Assembly: GCA_030141605.1 (NCBI GenBank)
Contig: JAQGDQ010000303.1
Coordinates: forward strand, 124,001-188,000
Reading direction: 5' to 3'
Origin: Tubiluchus corallicola
Taxonomy: Eukaryota; Animalia; Priapulida
Length of the DNA: 64,000 nt
Of this stretch, positions 13,801 through 27,245 are shown piece by piece. The notes under the pieces were generated by a model that did no database searches, was not told the DNA's origin, and saw only the letters and a program-made list of their open reading frames with translations. Each line of letters begins with the position of its first letter. Position 1 is the first letter of the stretch. Position numbers and translations under genes: made by a program.

Positions 13801-16800
13801 GAGTATGGTGGGTGTGTCGGAAATCATAACAATTTCCAGACTCTAGAGGATTGTGAATTGCGATGTAAACCGATACCACCCCCTGAGCCACCGATTGTGC
13901 AGACATCTAGGCCAGATACAGATGGACAAACTGGTATGTGAGTCATGCCTATAAATCTGTCAAGGACAAATGAAATAGCTTTTTAGTTAACTTTTATCGT
14001 ATAACAGTGTAGTTACATTTTATGGAACTTTAAATAATTATCTATATTATGCACAGAGATCTTTATTTTGATAATAGCTTTTTTATTTCCCAAAATAGGT
14101 GAGGAACTATAAATCCGAAAATTTTAGTTTTCAAGAAATGGCATAGTTGGCTGAGAAAGAAGTTGTGCAAAAATAGAACCAGATAAATCTAGAGTAAAAT
14201 GTTTTACATATATCACCTTTGCTAATAAATTGCTGATTTAAATCAACTTACCACATGTAAAATAAAGTAACTTGCATTAGAAACAGATAAAAACTATACG
14301 TAAGCTAGTAATTGTTTGTTCTTAAATTTTGAAATGCAGAATTATTGCGAACACAGAGCAAGCAACTATATTAGCTCAGAAGATCCACTGGTACAATGTT
14401 GCAGTTTCTACATGAAATTAGTTATACAGATACCTCTTATTTCCCAAAATTTGTTATTGTTAACTAGAGATCAGCTGTGAAATCGTGAATTGTGGTGTAT
14501 TATCTATTAACATTTTTTGTGCTAATTTCAGAAGTGACTGTTTAACTGGTTTGCTGTTTTTTTATATTTGAATGAGGCTATTTATTTGCTGTTGTTGAAT
14601 TTTGCTGGATTATTGTCAGTGATGGGCAAGTTCCACAAAATGTGAACTTGTTCAAGTTCAAGTTCTTAGGAGTAAAATGAGCTTCATTTAATTTCAAGTT
14701 CCTCCCAGCCAGAATGAACTTTTCTCATATTCAAGTTCACAAGCAGGTTTTGGTAAATTTCAAGTTCCAAATTGGTTGTAGCTACCTAAATGACCACTGT
14801 TACATGTAGTTATTTTACTAAGGTTCCTTAATTCACCTTGCAAATTTTTCACCTTTGGATTTGACTAAATTTGGCTGTGTTTGGCATAATTTTATCAGGA
14901 ACTTGGCTTACAAATGGTCTATACATGTAGTTATTTAACTAACATTCTGGAATTCTCTTTACAAATCTTTCACATTTGGATTTGACTAAATCTGGCTGTG
15001 TTTGGCTTAATTTTTCAGGAACATGGCTTACAAATGGCTCCGTCATCGTCAACCCTATCTGAAGATCTTGCATATAATTTATGCCATTATTTTTCTTTTT
15101 TTTCTAATTTCTTACTTGGTAGGTGAACTTGGAAATTAAGTTCAAGTTCACCTTTTCAGTGAGCTCATTCATGTAAAATTCAAAACACTTTTCCAATAAC
15201 TGCTAAGTTTCTAAATTCCCAAAAAGTGAACGAGTTCATTCTGTCGCTGATTATTGTTGTCATCTTCATTGAGATAAATGCACAACTGAAGAGGTACATT
15301 ATTTGATTTCTTCATTTAGATGATGATGTTTGTGTTATGGATCCTGACAGTGGACCTTGCATGGCTCATTTCATTCGTTACTATTATGATCCTAGACTGG
15401 ATCTTTGCTCAGAGTTTGTTTTTGGTGGTTGTCAAGGCAACAGCAATAATTTTGAAACCATCCAGGAATGTGAAGCCAAGTGCAAAGGTATTATAACAAT
15501 AATAAAAACAAGAACATTCACTAAAAAATCCATAATAAGCTTTTCTGACATTTTTATTACAAGGTTCTTTATTAATTTTGTTTGTTTTTAGCATTTTTTT
15601 AAAATGTTGAACTGGTGTAAGTACAACTATGTGAGTAATCTATCTTAATTTTTAAGTTATCTTTTAAGTGTAGTAGGGAAAACGTTTCACTAAAATCAAT
15701 AATTTGCTTATAATTACAAATAGACAATCTGGAAATATATGGTGTGATTACTACAGTGTGATTACTTTTATTTATTTAATATGTAGTTGATTAAATATCA
15801 ATAAGTGAAATTAAATAAATTTTCAGCTGTGAAGAAGTCTAAGAATGTTGAAAACCTTGCTGCATGCCCCTTAGTGATTTGTAAATATTAACATGTCTTG
15901 TAATTGTGAGAACTATGTTTGACTTAAAATTTTCAGTTATCTTTTTTTATTATGCTGTCATGGTTATACTACAATGCTAACGCCATAACTCATGTAAGTG
16001 TTTTAGTTTTCCCAGATAGTAGTTTCAGTAGCATCTTTCTGATAAAATAATTTTTTGCATTTAGGTAATGGTGGTATTGATATAAGTAAACTTGCTTGTC
16101 CAGACCTTCGTTACTTGTGGTACTGTCCAACTGATGATTCATGTGAGATGGATAACCAGTGTCCACAGGGTCAGTGGTGTTGTGAAGTTCGGCCATGTAC
16201 TCACAAGATTTGCTTAGAGCCTGAGATACCTAGAGGTAATTTCACAACCTCTTGTAGAAAAATAGATGTTACAGTGTTACCGTGTAACAAAGTCTTCTCT
16301 CAAATTTATAAATTTTCTTATTATACTGTATGATTGAAAGAAGACTAAACCTAAAATGTGTTTGGAAATAATATTAGATGCTTCGTACTTTATGTTCCTT
16401 GTGCCTTGTGCTTCACCTAACTGGTCACAATTTATTGTACAAAAATACGATACTAAACAACTGGTTTTAGAGCTTTTTCCTAAACTAAATGTGGATTTTT
16501 GTTTATTAACTTAACACTTACGACTTCCATATTGTCTTTAATTTATTTGAAAGTTAAATAATCTAATCACTAATCACAATTGAACTTGGCATAGCATTCG
16601 TTCTTAATTCATCACAAAAAAATGGGAAAAAAATTCATTTTTGTGCTGAATGGTATTCACAGTGTTGTTTTCTATTGCTACTCACAGTTGCCGCTGTCCC
16701 TGTTTCGTATAGGTCCATTTAACCCTTGCCCGGAAGGTGAAGCTTTGCTCGCTCCAGGATCTGATGAATTGTTGCCATGCTCACAGTGTCCCGGCACACA

Positions 16801-19800
16801 TTATTGTTTCACGGAATTAGCCGATGCACCCTCTGCTTGTTGTCCTAAGCAAGATGTACCCCATAAGTTGACAGTAACATCAACTGCAGAACCACAGAGT
16901 GAGTACTCAGTTTTAGGATTTCAGGGTTTATATCTGCATTCATTTCTGTATGGAATTCCCTGCCACTAACTAAATTACAATGCTGTATAATCCGCTTATA
17001 GCAAGTTTCAAGCGACTGTGAAAATCTGCTCTATATAACTGAATCTCGTTATAGCCGAAGTGGATTGTCTGAATGTATACAAGATTGAAAAGAAGCCTAT
17101 AAGTCAGATATGATGTAGCCATGAAAAAAACACTCTACTGAGACTGGCACAAGCTTCTTAACAAGTGCCAGTGTTCAACTATTTTATCACAAAAGAATAA
17201 ACTCTTTTGTTCATACTCATTTATTTCTAGGATTATGTCAGTATTTTGTGCTGCATAAAATCGCCATGCGAGTGCTTTTCTAAGTTACCACTTCTATGAT
17301 TCATTGTGTCGCCTGCTGATAGCTGAACTTGCTTTATGTGGGTGTTACAGTAATTACATAATAATCATTTAACATCTGCCTATGATACATATCAGATGGT
17401 TACAATTCTAATAATTTTCCTCTCTCATGGAACAAGGAAAATTTAGGCATGTTGTTTGATAGACTTAGATATTATCATTAAACAGTAAAATTGCAATGTA
17501 CTTCAGTGTTGGTATCATGTTTTGACTTTAATACGATGATTGTGTTGGTGCTTTATGGATCACTCCTTCGGCAGAGCTGGAGAAAAACGTAGAAACTTGC
17601 ATTTATTAGTGATTTGCCATAATTTTGATAGTTGTGAAACAGCCATGTTAAAATTATAATATAAACTTGCAGACTGTGCAAAAACTGCAAACTGCAAAAC
17701 AAGAACATTTTCCTGAGTTAAAACACATTGGACGTTGGACACGTATAAGGAAATTATGTTATAAGAAAAACTAAAGTAATCCTACTTAATCTACTCATTT
17801 TTGTTAAAATGCTCGAAAAATTTTATTATACACTTTCAGTAGGGAATGTATGTGAACTTCCATCGGATACTGGTCCTTGTCGTGGAGCATTCCTGAAATG
17901 GTTCTGGAATAGCGAAGCTGAACTATGTGAAGAATTTGTATATGGTGGCTGCGGTGGCAACAACAACAACTTTGCTACAAAGGAGGAATGTGCTGCTTAT
18001 TGTGGAGGAGGCGAACTTGGTAAACTTGTTGTTTGTTAAGTTTTATTATGTTAGGATCGTATGAGATTAGACTATGTGATGCTGTTATGCTTGGTGTAAG
18101 CTAATTAGAGGTTGATTAAATTGAGTTAAATTGTTTAGTTAGGTTACGCGAAGGTATATAAGGTCCGGTCACAGGGAATCAGATCAGGTTATCTAAGAAT
18201 TTATTCATATTATGGTTTAGTACTGTGACATCTGTACAAGCTGTTTTGCACTAAGACTAACCAGCTTCTCTTAATATTTAATATAAGAAATTTATTCGTG
18301 AATGCACATCTGGATGGACCTTCCCTTGTGAATTGAAAGCATCAGCATTGTTGATCATTTTTGAAGTGATAGATGCGATTATTTATTAGGCACTCTGTAG
18401 ATTTAGATTCAGCACATAAAATTCCGCCTTGTCAAGGCGTTTTTGAAACCATTTGTAAACTTGTTTTTACTTTTTAATAAGTCTTGCCAATTACTTGTTA
18501 GAAGTAAAGTAAACTGTCCTCAGAAGTAAGATGCCGTACCATCTGGGAAACAGGTCAGCATATCGGCTGAGACACTTTCCCTTATCTTGCTATAAACAAG
18601 TTGAACCAACATTAATAGTATATGTTTGTTCAATTTACCATCCACTATACTTGATAGTAACTTATGTAAATTAATTTTTAATATTTACTTTAGTCAACTT
18701 CAGTTGAATTCAGATTCAAGCTGGATTATTGTGGTTAATTGCTTTCCCTTGTTTTAGACGTTTGTAAATTGCCGGCAGAAATCGGACCATGTCGAGCCAG
18801 GGAGCAACGATGGTATTTTAATTCAAACTCTGAGCAATGTGAACAGTTTGTCTTTGGTGGCTGTCAAGGCAACCAAAACAACTTTGCTACCCACGAGGAT
18901 TGTCTTGCCAGATGCGGAGGTATTGTTTTTACAATGACACTAACTGGCTTGAGTTGGTACCTTTTAACTGTGGGGGCCACAATAATAGTGACAATCTCTT
19001 GATTGCTGGTTTATGATATTTGGACATCAATAAAATTTGATGTTGTTAATTCCTATTTTTTTGTTTTTATCTATTAAATTTTTAATGATTCGGGATTTTC
19101 CTAACTCTCATAATATTTTTTTAAGATTGCTTCACTAAATTAAAAATGTGGAGTAACATGCGATATCCAGTCAATTGAGTCTAGTTTTCTAGAATGAGAC
19201 GGTGCAACATTTATTAATTTGAATGCAAAAAATAAAAATTAATAACTTAATTAGGATTATAACATTGAAACATAGAAACATGAAAAAGCAGATCAGTTAA
19301 TTAGCCAAAATGCTTAATATACAATTATCGCATTCAATTATAATTATAAGTTTCTTTACTGCATCTTTTGTGAAATGCATAATCTGAATCTGCATTCAGT
19401 AGCAGAGTTTTTACACATGTTGAGTGACTTTTGGTTATTTCTAGTGTCAATTGTATGATCGCATTTCCCAAAAATAATTATTTCTGTGCTTGTAAAATGC
19501 ATGATCTGCATCTACATTCAGCAGCAGACTTTTTTACGTATGTTGAGTGAATTTTAGTTATTTTAGTGTCAATTACACGATCATATTCACAAAAATTATT
19601 ATTTCTGTGCTGATAAAAACTTGAAATAAATTTTAAAAGTTACTTTGTAGCTAAACAATGAACAAAGTTTGCATACTAGGTCAACTAATACAATAGGCAT
19701 TGCGTTTTGTAGGACAACATTGAAAGTGAAATTGTTTTCTTGCTTGAGTCAACATAGTGTATATTGATTCTTATACCCAAATGTATTGTGCTTAAATGAG

Positions 19801-22800
19801 CCGGTGCCCAAATGCTCGCATTGAATTTTCTCCTGCCCAAATGGTCTGTCCCCTGTGGAGCAATACTGCAATTACTTGAAAGCAAATACACCACTGAACA
19901 AAGTTTCAAGGTGAATATACTTTGAAATTTGGAACTTGTTCGGTGAATGTGAACCATTGAGTGGTAAAATTAACTTTTGTTTAGCGTAAGGTATGATCTT
20001 CAGTTCCTAATTTGTGCTGCACTATGTGACTGTTTGTTTGTCTAGTTTTTCACTTTTAGTGTAAACGTATGAAAGTTCGTAACTTGAAACCTCTTTTGCT
20101 ATTACATTTGCCACTGTTGCAGGCATTTTAGTAAAACAGAAACATTGATGTATGTGTATATGAAATTTCAAAAATTAGTTATCAAGGATTGTTAATCAAG
20201 TCTAGATACATGAGAATTATGCCAATCACATATTCTGTTTTGTAAATCTTAATTTGTAATAAAAACATGGTTTATTAATCTAGTGTTGCCATGAATGGCT
20301 GACTAGCTACCTGGATTGCTAGACTGGTAGTTTGACTACCCGTTCTTATAATTGGCTTGCTTGCTTGATTTATTTAATCCTTACTTTTTATTGTTTAGCA
20401 TTGTAACTTTATTCTTTTTATTTACACATGCGTACAGGGCCAGCTCTGACTTGCAATATCATCAACATTTGCGACTTCAATGCAGAGTGCATATACAACT
20501 TTGATGAAGCAAAATATGAATGTAAATGCAATGAAGGTTTTGAAGGCGATGGGCTCAATTGTGAAGATGCCCGTAAGTATTTTTCTTTCATGTTTTAAAC
20601 TGCCATTAATATTTTTTGTAACATAAGAATTGTTTTTAATATCACAGCCTTTTGGACAGTTAGTTCACTATAGTTATATACTTTTAATGTATACTCAAAG
20701 GTAGTATGTTATATTTTTATAACTATTTGTTGCTATGTCAAATATGTACAGTATAATTGACTCAGCTCAAATTGGTTTATCTAGTAAATACAGTAGATAT
20801 TTGATAAAATGTTCAATTTGGTTTTCATTATTAAATGTTTGAATGTCTGAAGGATGAGCAGTTTTTTATAGTAGTTTTTAAATAATGATTTTTTTCCTGT
20901 ATAGGTACGTGTAACGAAGTTCCTACCATGTGTGATAACAATGCTGACTGTGTTCATGATTCGTCGTCAGGCTCATATATCTGCAGGTGCAGACAAGGAT
21001 ACAGAGGCAATGGTCTTCAGTGTAGATGTAAGTGCCCAACCTTGTTCTGCAACACAACTGAGCATCATAATCGTCATCATTGGCACTGAATACTTTCTTG
21101 CTGTGTGTCTCTACATCAACACTGAAAACACCAAACAGGGAATATATATATATATAACATATCAACAATGTACTTAGTTTAACTTATTGTAGAGTTTTTT
21201 TGATAATATTAATATTTTGAACATGTAAAAATAATGCTGACTTTTACTCACGAGACTGTTCCATTTTTGTGTGAATAATTTTGATTTTGTTTTGAAATTC
21301 TGACATTGTAGTTAACTAAAAAGAATACTGAGGAGTTATGCATTCTTAACAGGTTATTTCCAACGTTATGGCATAAAATTGTTTTGGCCTTTTTTTAATA
21401 CTGTGTTTGAGGTGTATTTATATACAGCTGTACTTCTTACAGTGGCAGATTATTTGGAAGGACAATTTCTCTTATATGGACATGGCATGTCTGTCATGCA
21501 AGTACCATTTGATGCGACACTAGAAAATAGAGGAAAGCAAGCTGTTATGGTACCGGTAAGAGTTGTGTTATCCATTTTTACATTTATGTCTGTTGATTAA
21601 TTTCTGTTTTTTGCAAGTCTTATAACTGATTAATTAACATTTTGCAGAAATGATGTAAAGCAAACAGCAGTTTGTATAAAACTGGTGTTTATTTACTAGT
21701 CCTGATGCATTTCCTGCCGAAGCTCATTGTCACAAACAATTATAGTAGAAAGATCTATGACATTAGCTTCTATAATCTATATGATGATTTCCTCTATCTC
21801 TGTCCATCTCCTATCACTGTTGGTGAGATGTCCAGAGTGATTTATCGTGATACACGTGCAGCCTATGAAACTGTTTACATGGACCAAACCAAGCACCATG
21901 TCTCCATCAGGATTATCGAGTACGCATAGAGCTTCTTGTTCCAACTTCATCAACTATGTAACACTTTAGATACAGTGGGTTTAGTGGCCTTACTTATTAT
22001 CAAATACCAGCTGTTATTAAATACCCAGGATACTGCCAGTCAACGTTCACGTACTCTCCATGTCTGTGTCATTGTAGACAGTAAACCTGATTAAAGGTCA
22101 GTTTTGTACAACCACGTATTTGTCATCATTAGAATTTTTTGCTAGTAATGTTGTGATTAGAAACTACAGTATTTGTTTGCGAAAAGAAAATTTCCTTTGA
22201 CAATGTACCTTGGCAGGAAATGCATCATGATTGGTTAACAAACACCAACTTTATATACATTCCTAGAAAGTGGGTTTTTGCTATAATTACTTTATGAAGA
22301 CTTGCTTGTCTCTGCATGTATGATATAAAAAATTAATAGTTTTTTCTCTATTTCGTATCTGAGATATGATGCATGATTTTTCTTTAAGGCAGTTCACTTG
22401 AATTGTGACTTTTTAGTAATTAATCTTGCGCTAACCATAAAGCAAAAAGCTAGATCACCATGAATTAACAGTCTTTCGGTTGTTTATGGTGATTAACTAT
22501 AGTCTTATAACCGCAAGTGTACAGCGAGCAGCTTTTGTCTAGCTTTTTGTGGCTTCTTTCCATAGGGTTCAATAGCAGTTGCTGTAGATGCCGACTGCCA
22601 AGATCGTTATTTCTACTGGACGGATGAGGCATCTGGGAGCATTCGTAAGGCAACATACGATGGTGAAGATGAACGTGTTGTTATTAGTGGTAATGAGGTT
22701 TATTTCAATTCTTAGTTGACATAATGTGGTCTTGATGTATATTATATATTTTTTTGTTTTTCGTTATTGTGAGAGCTCAACCTAAAAATATGTTCCAACA

Positions 22801-25372
22801 CTGTTTTTGAAATCCTTAAGGAACGTATTGTTGTTTTTACTTCACCTGTGACCCTGAATTTGCAGATGTACTTAAGTTTTTCAAGTCTTTTAAAGGAGAT
22901 TGGAAATGTTAAAACATTATACTGGATCAACTCAATTTTGCTAACAGAATGCTGTTAAATCATATTATTCACTAAACCAAGGGGCAAATATAAAATTATA
23001 ATCACATAAATTTCAACATATTATTGATTTTACACACCCATTTCACAATTGTTATCGATCATCAGGAACTACTAGGAAAATTCACCAAACCACCAATAAC
23101 AGTTATTATTGTTTTCAATTAAAGAAAGACTATTCCAGCAATGATATTCTGATAAATAATACCTTGATTGTTTCAGAGTAGACTTGAAAGAAAAAGCCAA
23201 TTTTGTTAAGTTTTTCATAATAAAATGTTTGTTTTGTTTACAGATTTTGGTACACTATTGTTTTTAGCAGTTAAGCTAATGTTCTTTGTTAGCATGTTTC
23301 ATCTGTGAGTTGACATTATTTTGCATGCAGCTAAGCAGCAGTATTTCTAATTCTTTTAAATTGAGATCTGGATGTCAGTGTTTTGTTTGAATTGCATATG
23401 TCCTGGTCTTACAAGCATAAGTGAATTGTTTTTTGTTACCTGAATATACTAAATGCCTTTTGAAAACATTGTTGCATCTGCGTTGCATGGGAGTGATATC
23501 AGTAAAATTTTGAAGTGCTATTATTGTTCAATATTAAACATTTTTATTTTTGTATATTTTATAAATAATGCTAACAAGGCAATCTACAGTGCACATTCTG
23601 TTGTTACAATTAGTTATCAAATCTTTTTTAGGTCTTGGTTCACCAGAAGGTTTATCAATTGACTGGCTGTCCAGAAACATTTTTTGGACTGATTCAGAGT
23701 ACGATAACATTGGCGTGGCTCACTTAGATGGTTCTAATCGAAAAAGTCTCATTGATGAAGATTTAGTTAATCCCAGAGGCATTGCCGTTGATCCGTATAA
23801 AGGGTGACTAGTAATTTTGTTTATAAGTTACTATAAAAGCAACCCTCATGATACATTTTATGTACTATTACTTGCCATTTGCCAACAAAAATGTTTTTTC
23901 TTCATACAACTTGCAACAAATAAGGTCAGAGCACAACAAAAATGAATATTCCATAAGAAAATATCTAAAGTAAATCATCTTCTGCATCTTCTTCATCTAT
24001 CAAATTTCCTGTGCAGTTTTGCTGTGTGCCTGGTTTTTCGATATGATCATTTACAGAGGACAATGTATATTCCCTGTAAAATATTGACCTTGAAATGATA
24101 GAGAAAGAATATGATTTTTCTGTTAAGTGGCTTAAGGTAAAAGCTGTTTTATTTTATCTTAATCACAGGCGTATGTATTGGGCAGACTGGAATCGTGCTA
24201 AACCGAGGATTGAAACTGCTTGGATGGATGGCAGTAACAGAGAAGATTTTGTTAATGAAGGACTTGGACTACCTAATGGACTGACAATTGATTTTAACAA
24301 TGAGGAATTGTGCTGGGCAGATGCAGGTATTGCAGAATGCACCTTTGTGAACAGTGCTTTGACTACATTAATTTTCTTTTGTTAATGATATTATACTATA
24401 AGTGTATGTTAGTGTTTCATTGAGTAAATTATGTTTTAACAATAAGTAACATGTACAACTTTTCAGCTATGCTATAAGGCAGATTTTTTTGCTCATTTGC
24501 ATTTATGTAAAAAATTTAATGCCATATAGGTACACACAAGATTGAGTGCATTGGCTTGGATGGTAATGGCCGACGTGTTGTTTATGATAATGCTGAATAT
24601 CCATTTGGTCTCACAAATTATGGTGATAATTTGTACTGGACTGATTGGGATAAGTATGTTAATTTATTTATCACATTTAGATTTATTTAGAAGTCAAAAG
24701 AAATTAAATTTTCTATGTTTTCTTTTGCATATTAAGAAATTCACTTTTTAAAATACAGAATTTACTTAAAAATCAGAACATTACGCAAAATGTGATAAGA
24801 GCATAACATTAATGAAAGTGCAATTAAGAAGTGAATGTACATGTATATCAGCATATATACAATGTTACTGATGAAGTAAAGATTTGCACCTTTTTGAAGG
24901 GATTATATTTTGAGTAGTGTTTATATTTATCAAACTAACTTTTTCTGTGAACATTGTTTTCCAGTAAAGAGATTAATAAAGTCAACAAGTTGGGTGGATT
25001 GTGGTCATTCTTAGATGTACGACCGCTGGGAGGAAATGGTCGCCTGTATGGCATAGTTGCTGTGACTGCAACCTGTCCACGAGGTAAGTAAGTCAGGCTC
25101 TTAAAATCCATTGATTTTTGTTGACTAGTTATTTTCTTGTCACGCCTTGTGAGATATGTGGCATTGGGATAATGATACTTAGTTGTGATCTTTTATCAGT
25201 GCTTGTGCACAATCTTGTACATTTATTATGCAAACATTCATTTTTTTCAGCTATTAATGCTTGCGCTCAAAGAAATGGCAACTGTGACTTCCTTTGCGTT
25301 CCTACTCCTGGAAATGCAAGAGCGTGTTTGTGCCCTGACAATGAAACAAGTTGTGAGAAATTCAAAAAATAG
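1881..25372 (+). CDS. NID: Nidogen/entactin, 5' end outside window; NIDO-EGF-G2F-7xEGF-[Kunitz2-WAP-Lustrin-Kunitz2]-2xEGF-YWTD propeller-EGF
   Basis: 29 AG/GT-bounded exons with mutually consistent phases: 1881-2017, 2285-2426, 3044-3255, 3415-3512, 5018-5176, 6207-6641, 6980-7204, 8638-8751, 9084-9209, 9443-9589, 9815-9997, 11211-11339, 11985-12116, 12683-12820, 13706-13933, 15320-15487, 16065-16235, 16713-16898, 17840-18019, 18758-18919, 20438-20572, 20905-21027, 21443-21555, 22566-22689, 23632-23803, 24169-24326, 24530-24653, 24965-25083, 25251-25372 (TAG); 4662 nt total. Hallmarks: [42 protein letters not shown] (NIDO); [19 protein letters not shown] (G2F); YWTD/FWTD/YWAD repeats, NPRGIAVDP (G3). 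Confidence 0.95.
12944..13169 (-). mobile_element. 5'-truncated tRNA-derived SINE, same family as 36913-37200
   Basis: Reverse complement reads GTTCGATAC (B box)...CCAAAGACTTTAAAAATGGTACC...GTCTCTGTTA...GAGCTTATGTTA...(TTA)n tail, colinear with the copy at 36913. Confidence 0.7.
13706..13933 (+). CDS. Nidogen exon: Kunitz/BPTI domain 1 (P1 Gly) plus Pro-rich linker
   Basis: [52 protein letters not shown]; ttcag/gtatgt boundaries, 228 nt, phase 1-1; missed by the ORF track. Confidence 0.92.
14618..15250. mobile_element. Decayed MITE-like element with AAGTTC/GAACTT subrepeats and an internal ~120-bp tandem duplication
   Basis: Starts CAGTGATGGGCAAGTTC; repeated AAGTTC motifs at both ends; 14801-14920 resembles 14922-15040. 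Confidence 0.45.
15320..15487 (+). CDS. Nidogen exon: Kunitz domain 2 (P1 Met)
   Basis: [21 protein letters not shown]...[23 protein letters not shown]; phase 1-1. Confidence 0.92.
16065..16235 (+). CDS. Nidogen exon: WAP (four-disulfide core)-like domain
   Basis: [43 protein letters not shown]: 8 Cys with the CxxDxxCP...CC...C...C..P pattern; phase 1-1. Confidence 0.8.
16713..16898 (+). CDS. Nidogen exon: Lustrin-cysteine/WR1-type repeat
   Basis: [42 protein letters not shown] fits the recalled NPCPxGxP...C...CPxxxxC...CCP six-Cys pattern; phase 1-1. Confidence 0.72.
17840..18019 (+). CDS. Nidogen exon: Kunitz domain 3 (P1 Arg)
   Basis: [21 protein letters not shown]...[23 protein letters not shown]; NAGNAG acceptor (cag tag); phase 1-1. 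Confidence 0.92.
18758..18919 (+). CDS. Nidogen exon: Kunitz domain 4 (P1 Arg)
   Basis: [21 protein letters not shown]...[23 protein letters not shown]; phase 1-1. Confidence 0.92.
19370..19612. repeat. Imperfect ~122-bp tandem duplication in nidogen intron
   Basis: aaatgcat(a/g)atctg...tgttgagtga...tagtgtcaatt...ttatttctgtgct occurs twice head-to-tail. Confidence 0.8.
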
Positions 25373-27245
25373 GTTGTGATTTCGAGATCATTTCATGTTG
25401 CATATAGGTTTTAACGAAATTGCGCATGCATGTATGTATGTACAATGAAAATGATATGGAGTTTCTTACATAATGTGAGATACTTGAGCCAAATGAACAC
25501 AAACTTATCTCCTTGCATTTATAGAATTGTACAGACTAGATGCATTTTATTTGATGTGAAATATAATAAAACATGTTGTGTCAGCACAGTTACTCCAACA
25601 TTTAAAAATGTGAGTCAAGCAGTTTCAATTGTCATCTATCAATTTCCAGTCTTGTTAGTCCTGTTGGCTAACCATTTTTCATTTGTTTCTTACTCTAGAT
25701 GTTCTCTAGTTCCATTTTAAAGGCAATTTAAATTGTTGATATTTAGTATGAAGCTCATGTTTTATGTTTCAAGCAATCTGTTTGTCTCAGTTCCTTTGTG
25801 CCTTAGAAGCATAGCTCATTTTAGTATTTTATCAATTTTTTTTTTATTTGAAATTCATAAGTGGTATTCAAAATAAATCAATCCATTTTTTATAAATTTG
25901 TTATCTTGTTTTTTTAACATTTCATACAAGTGTGTTTGCAGTAGAATCCTTACATTTTAATGGTCTAGTGGCTGGTTGAAACTCTCCTCCCAATTTTTTA
26001 GCCAAAGTTTTAGCCACAGCTGTATTTAAATGAATTTATGTTAATAGCCATTGAAAGCAGGTCAGTGTGCAAAGGTAGTTATTTTTGCCAAGAATTTCGC
26101 TACTTGATATTTTCTTTTATGTAATGTAAGTGCACCCTGCATAATACATTTTTTAACGTATTGTCCAGCATGTTATAACGCCCTAGCTTCTCTACATTTT
26201 AAATACAACGATTGCACAAGTCATCCGAAGCATGCAGAATTTGGTTGCTGTGCTACAGCTTTACAATTGATGTATTATCCCATAGCCTTATAAATTAGAC
26301 AACATTCCTTAGCAACAGGTACCATTCATCTGTAACTAAGCATAGCATTGATGACTTAAGCAGATGATGTCATTAATAATGGTGATGGCGATGTCACATG
26401 TAGAAGTGTTGCCTATCAACCGTGTCTAGTTTCCCACAGTGAAACTTCAACTTTGGTAGCTACTGCACGTCTTTTGTAAACTAGGTAAGTGGGTTCGTAA
26501 GTAAATCTTTTTTTTGTTAATCTTTGGTTTTGCTCATGTGAAATTGAATGTGCAATCATTATTTCGAAATGAAAAAAATCACATGCGTAGGTTACCAAAG
26601 ATTGGAGAGGCTCCAATGACATAATGGGCATTTTCTGAACCTTAGGAATGTTTTTGCTTCAGATGTCTTTAGTATCTAAACATATTTTTAAATGATTCTA
26701 ATGTGCTGATAAGGTGAGACACTGTGTCTTAACCATGTTCAGATGCGTAACAGTCAGAATCAGTATGACGAATGATGGTTATGCTTATGGTAACTCTGGA
26801 TGAAGACATCTCGCCCAGAGTAAGTATTGGACTTGACAGCTATCCATTTATTCACTGACCAACATCAACATTGCTTACGCTGGACAATTGGCTGTTACCC
26901 TGTTCTGCATGCTCGGGAATTCCACTTGTTTGTGGCACTTGTACACAAAATTTTTAGATGATTTTTTCTAGAATTGTTGGTGAACTTAACTAGGTAAACT
27001 CTCGTGTCAATGATTTTGTATCTACTACCTTTTTTACAAAATATTTCATAAAAGACAAGAATCATACTGAGCAACAAGGTTAGGTATAAAAGTACTAACT
27101 GTGGATTAGGTGTATGCAAAGATGTTGTACAGCCATTGTTTTAACAGATGGCCAGACACACTTTTTCACTCATTTGAATAGTTTTATGCAAGTGCAAAGC
27201 CAATATAAAGCCAATCGAAACATATAATTTTTTGCAGATCTTGTA

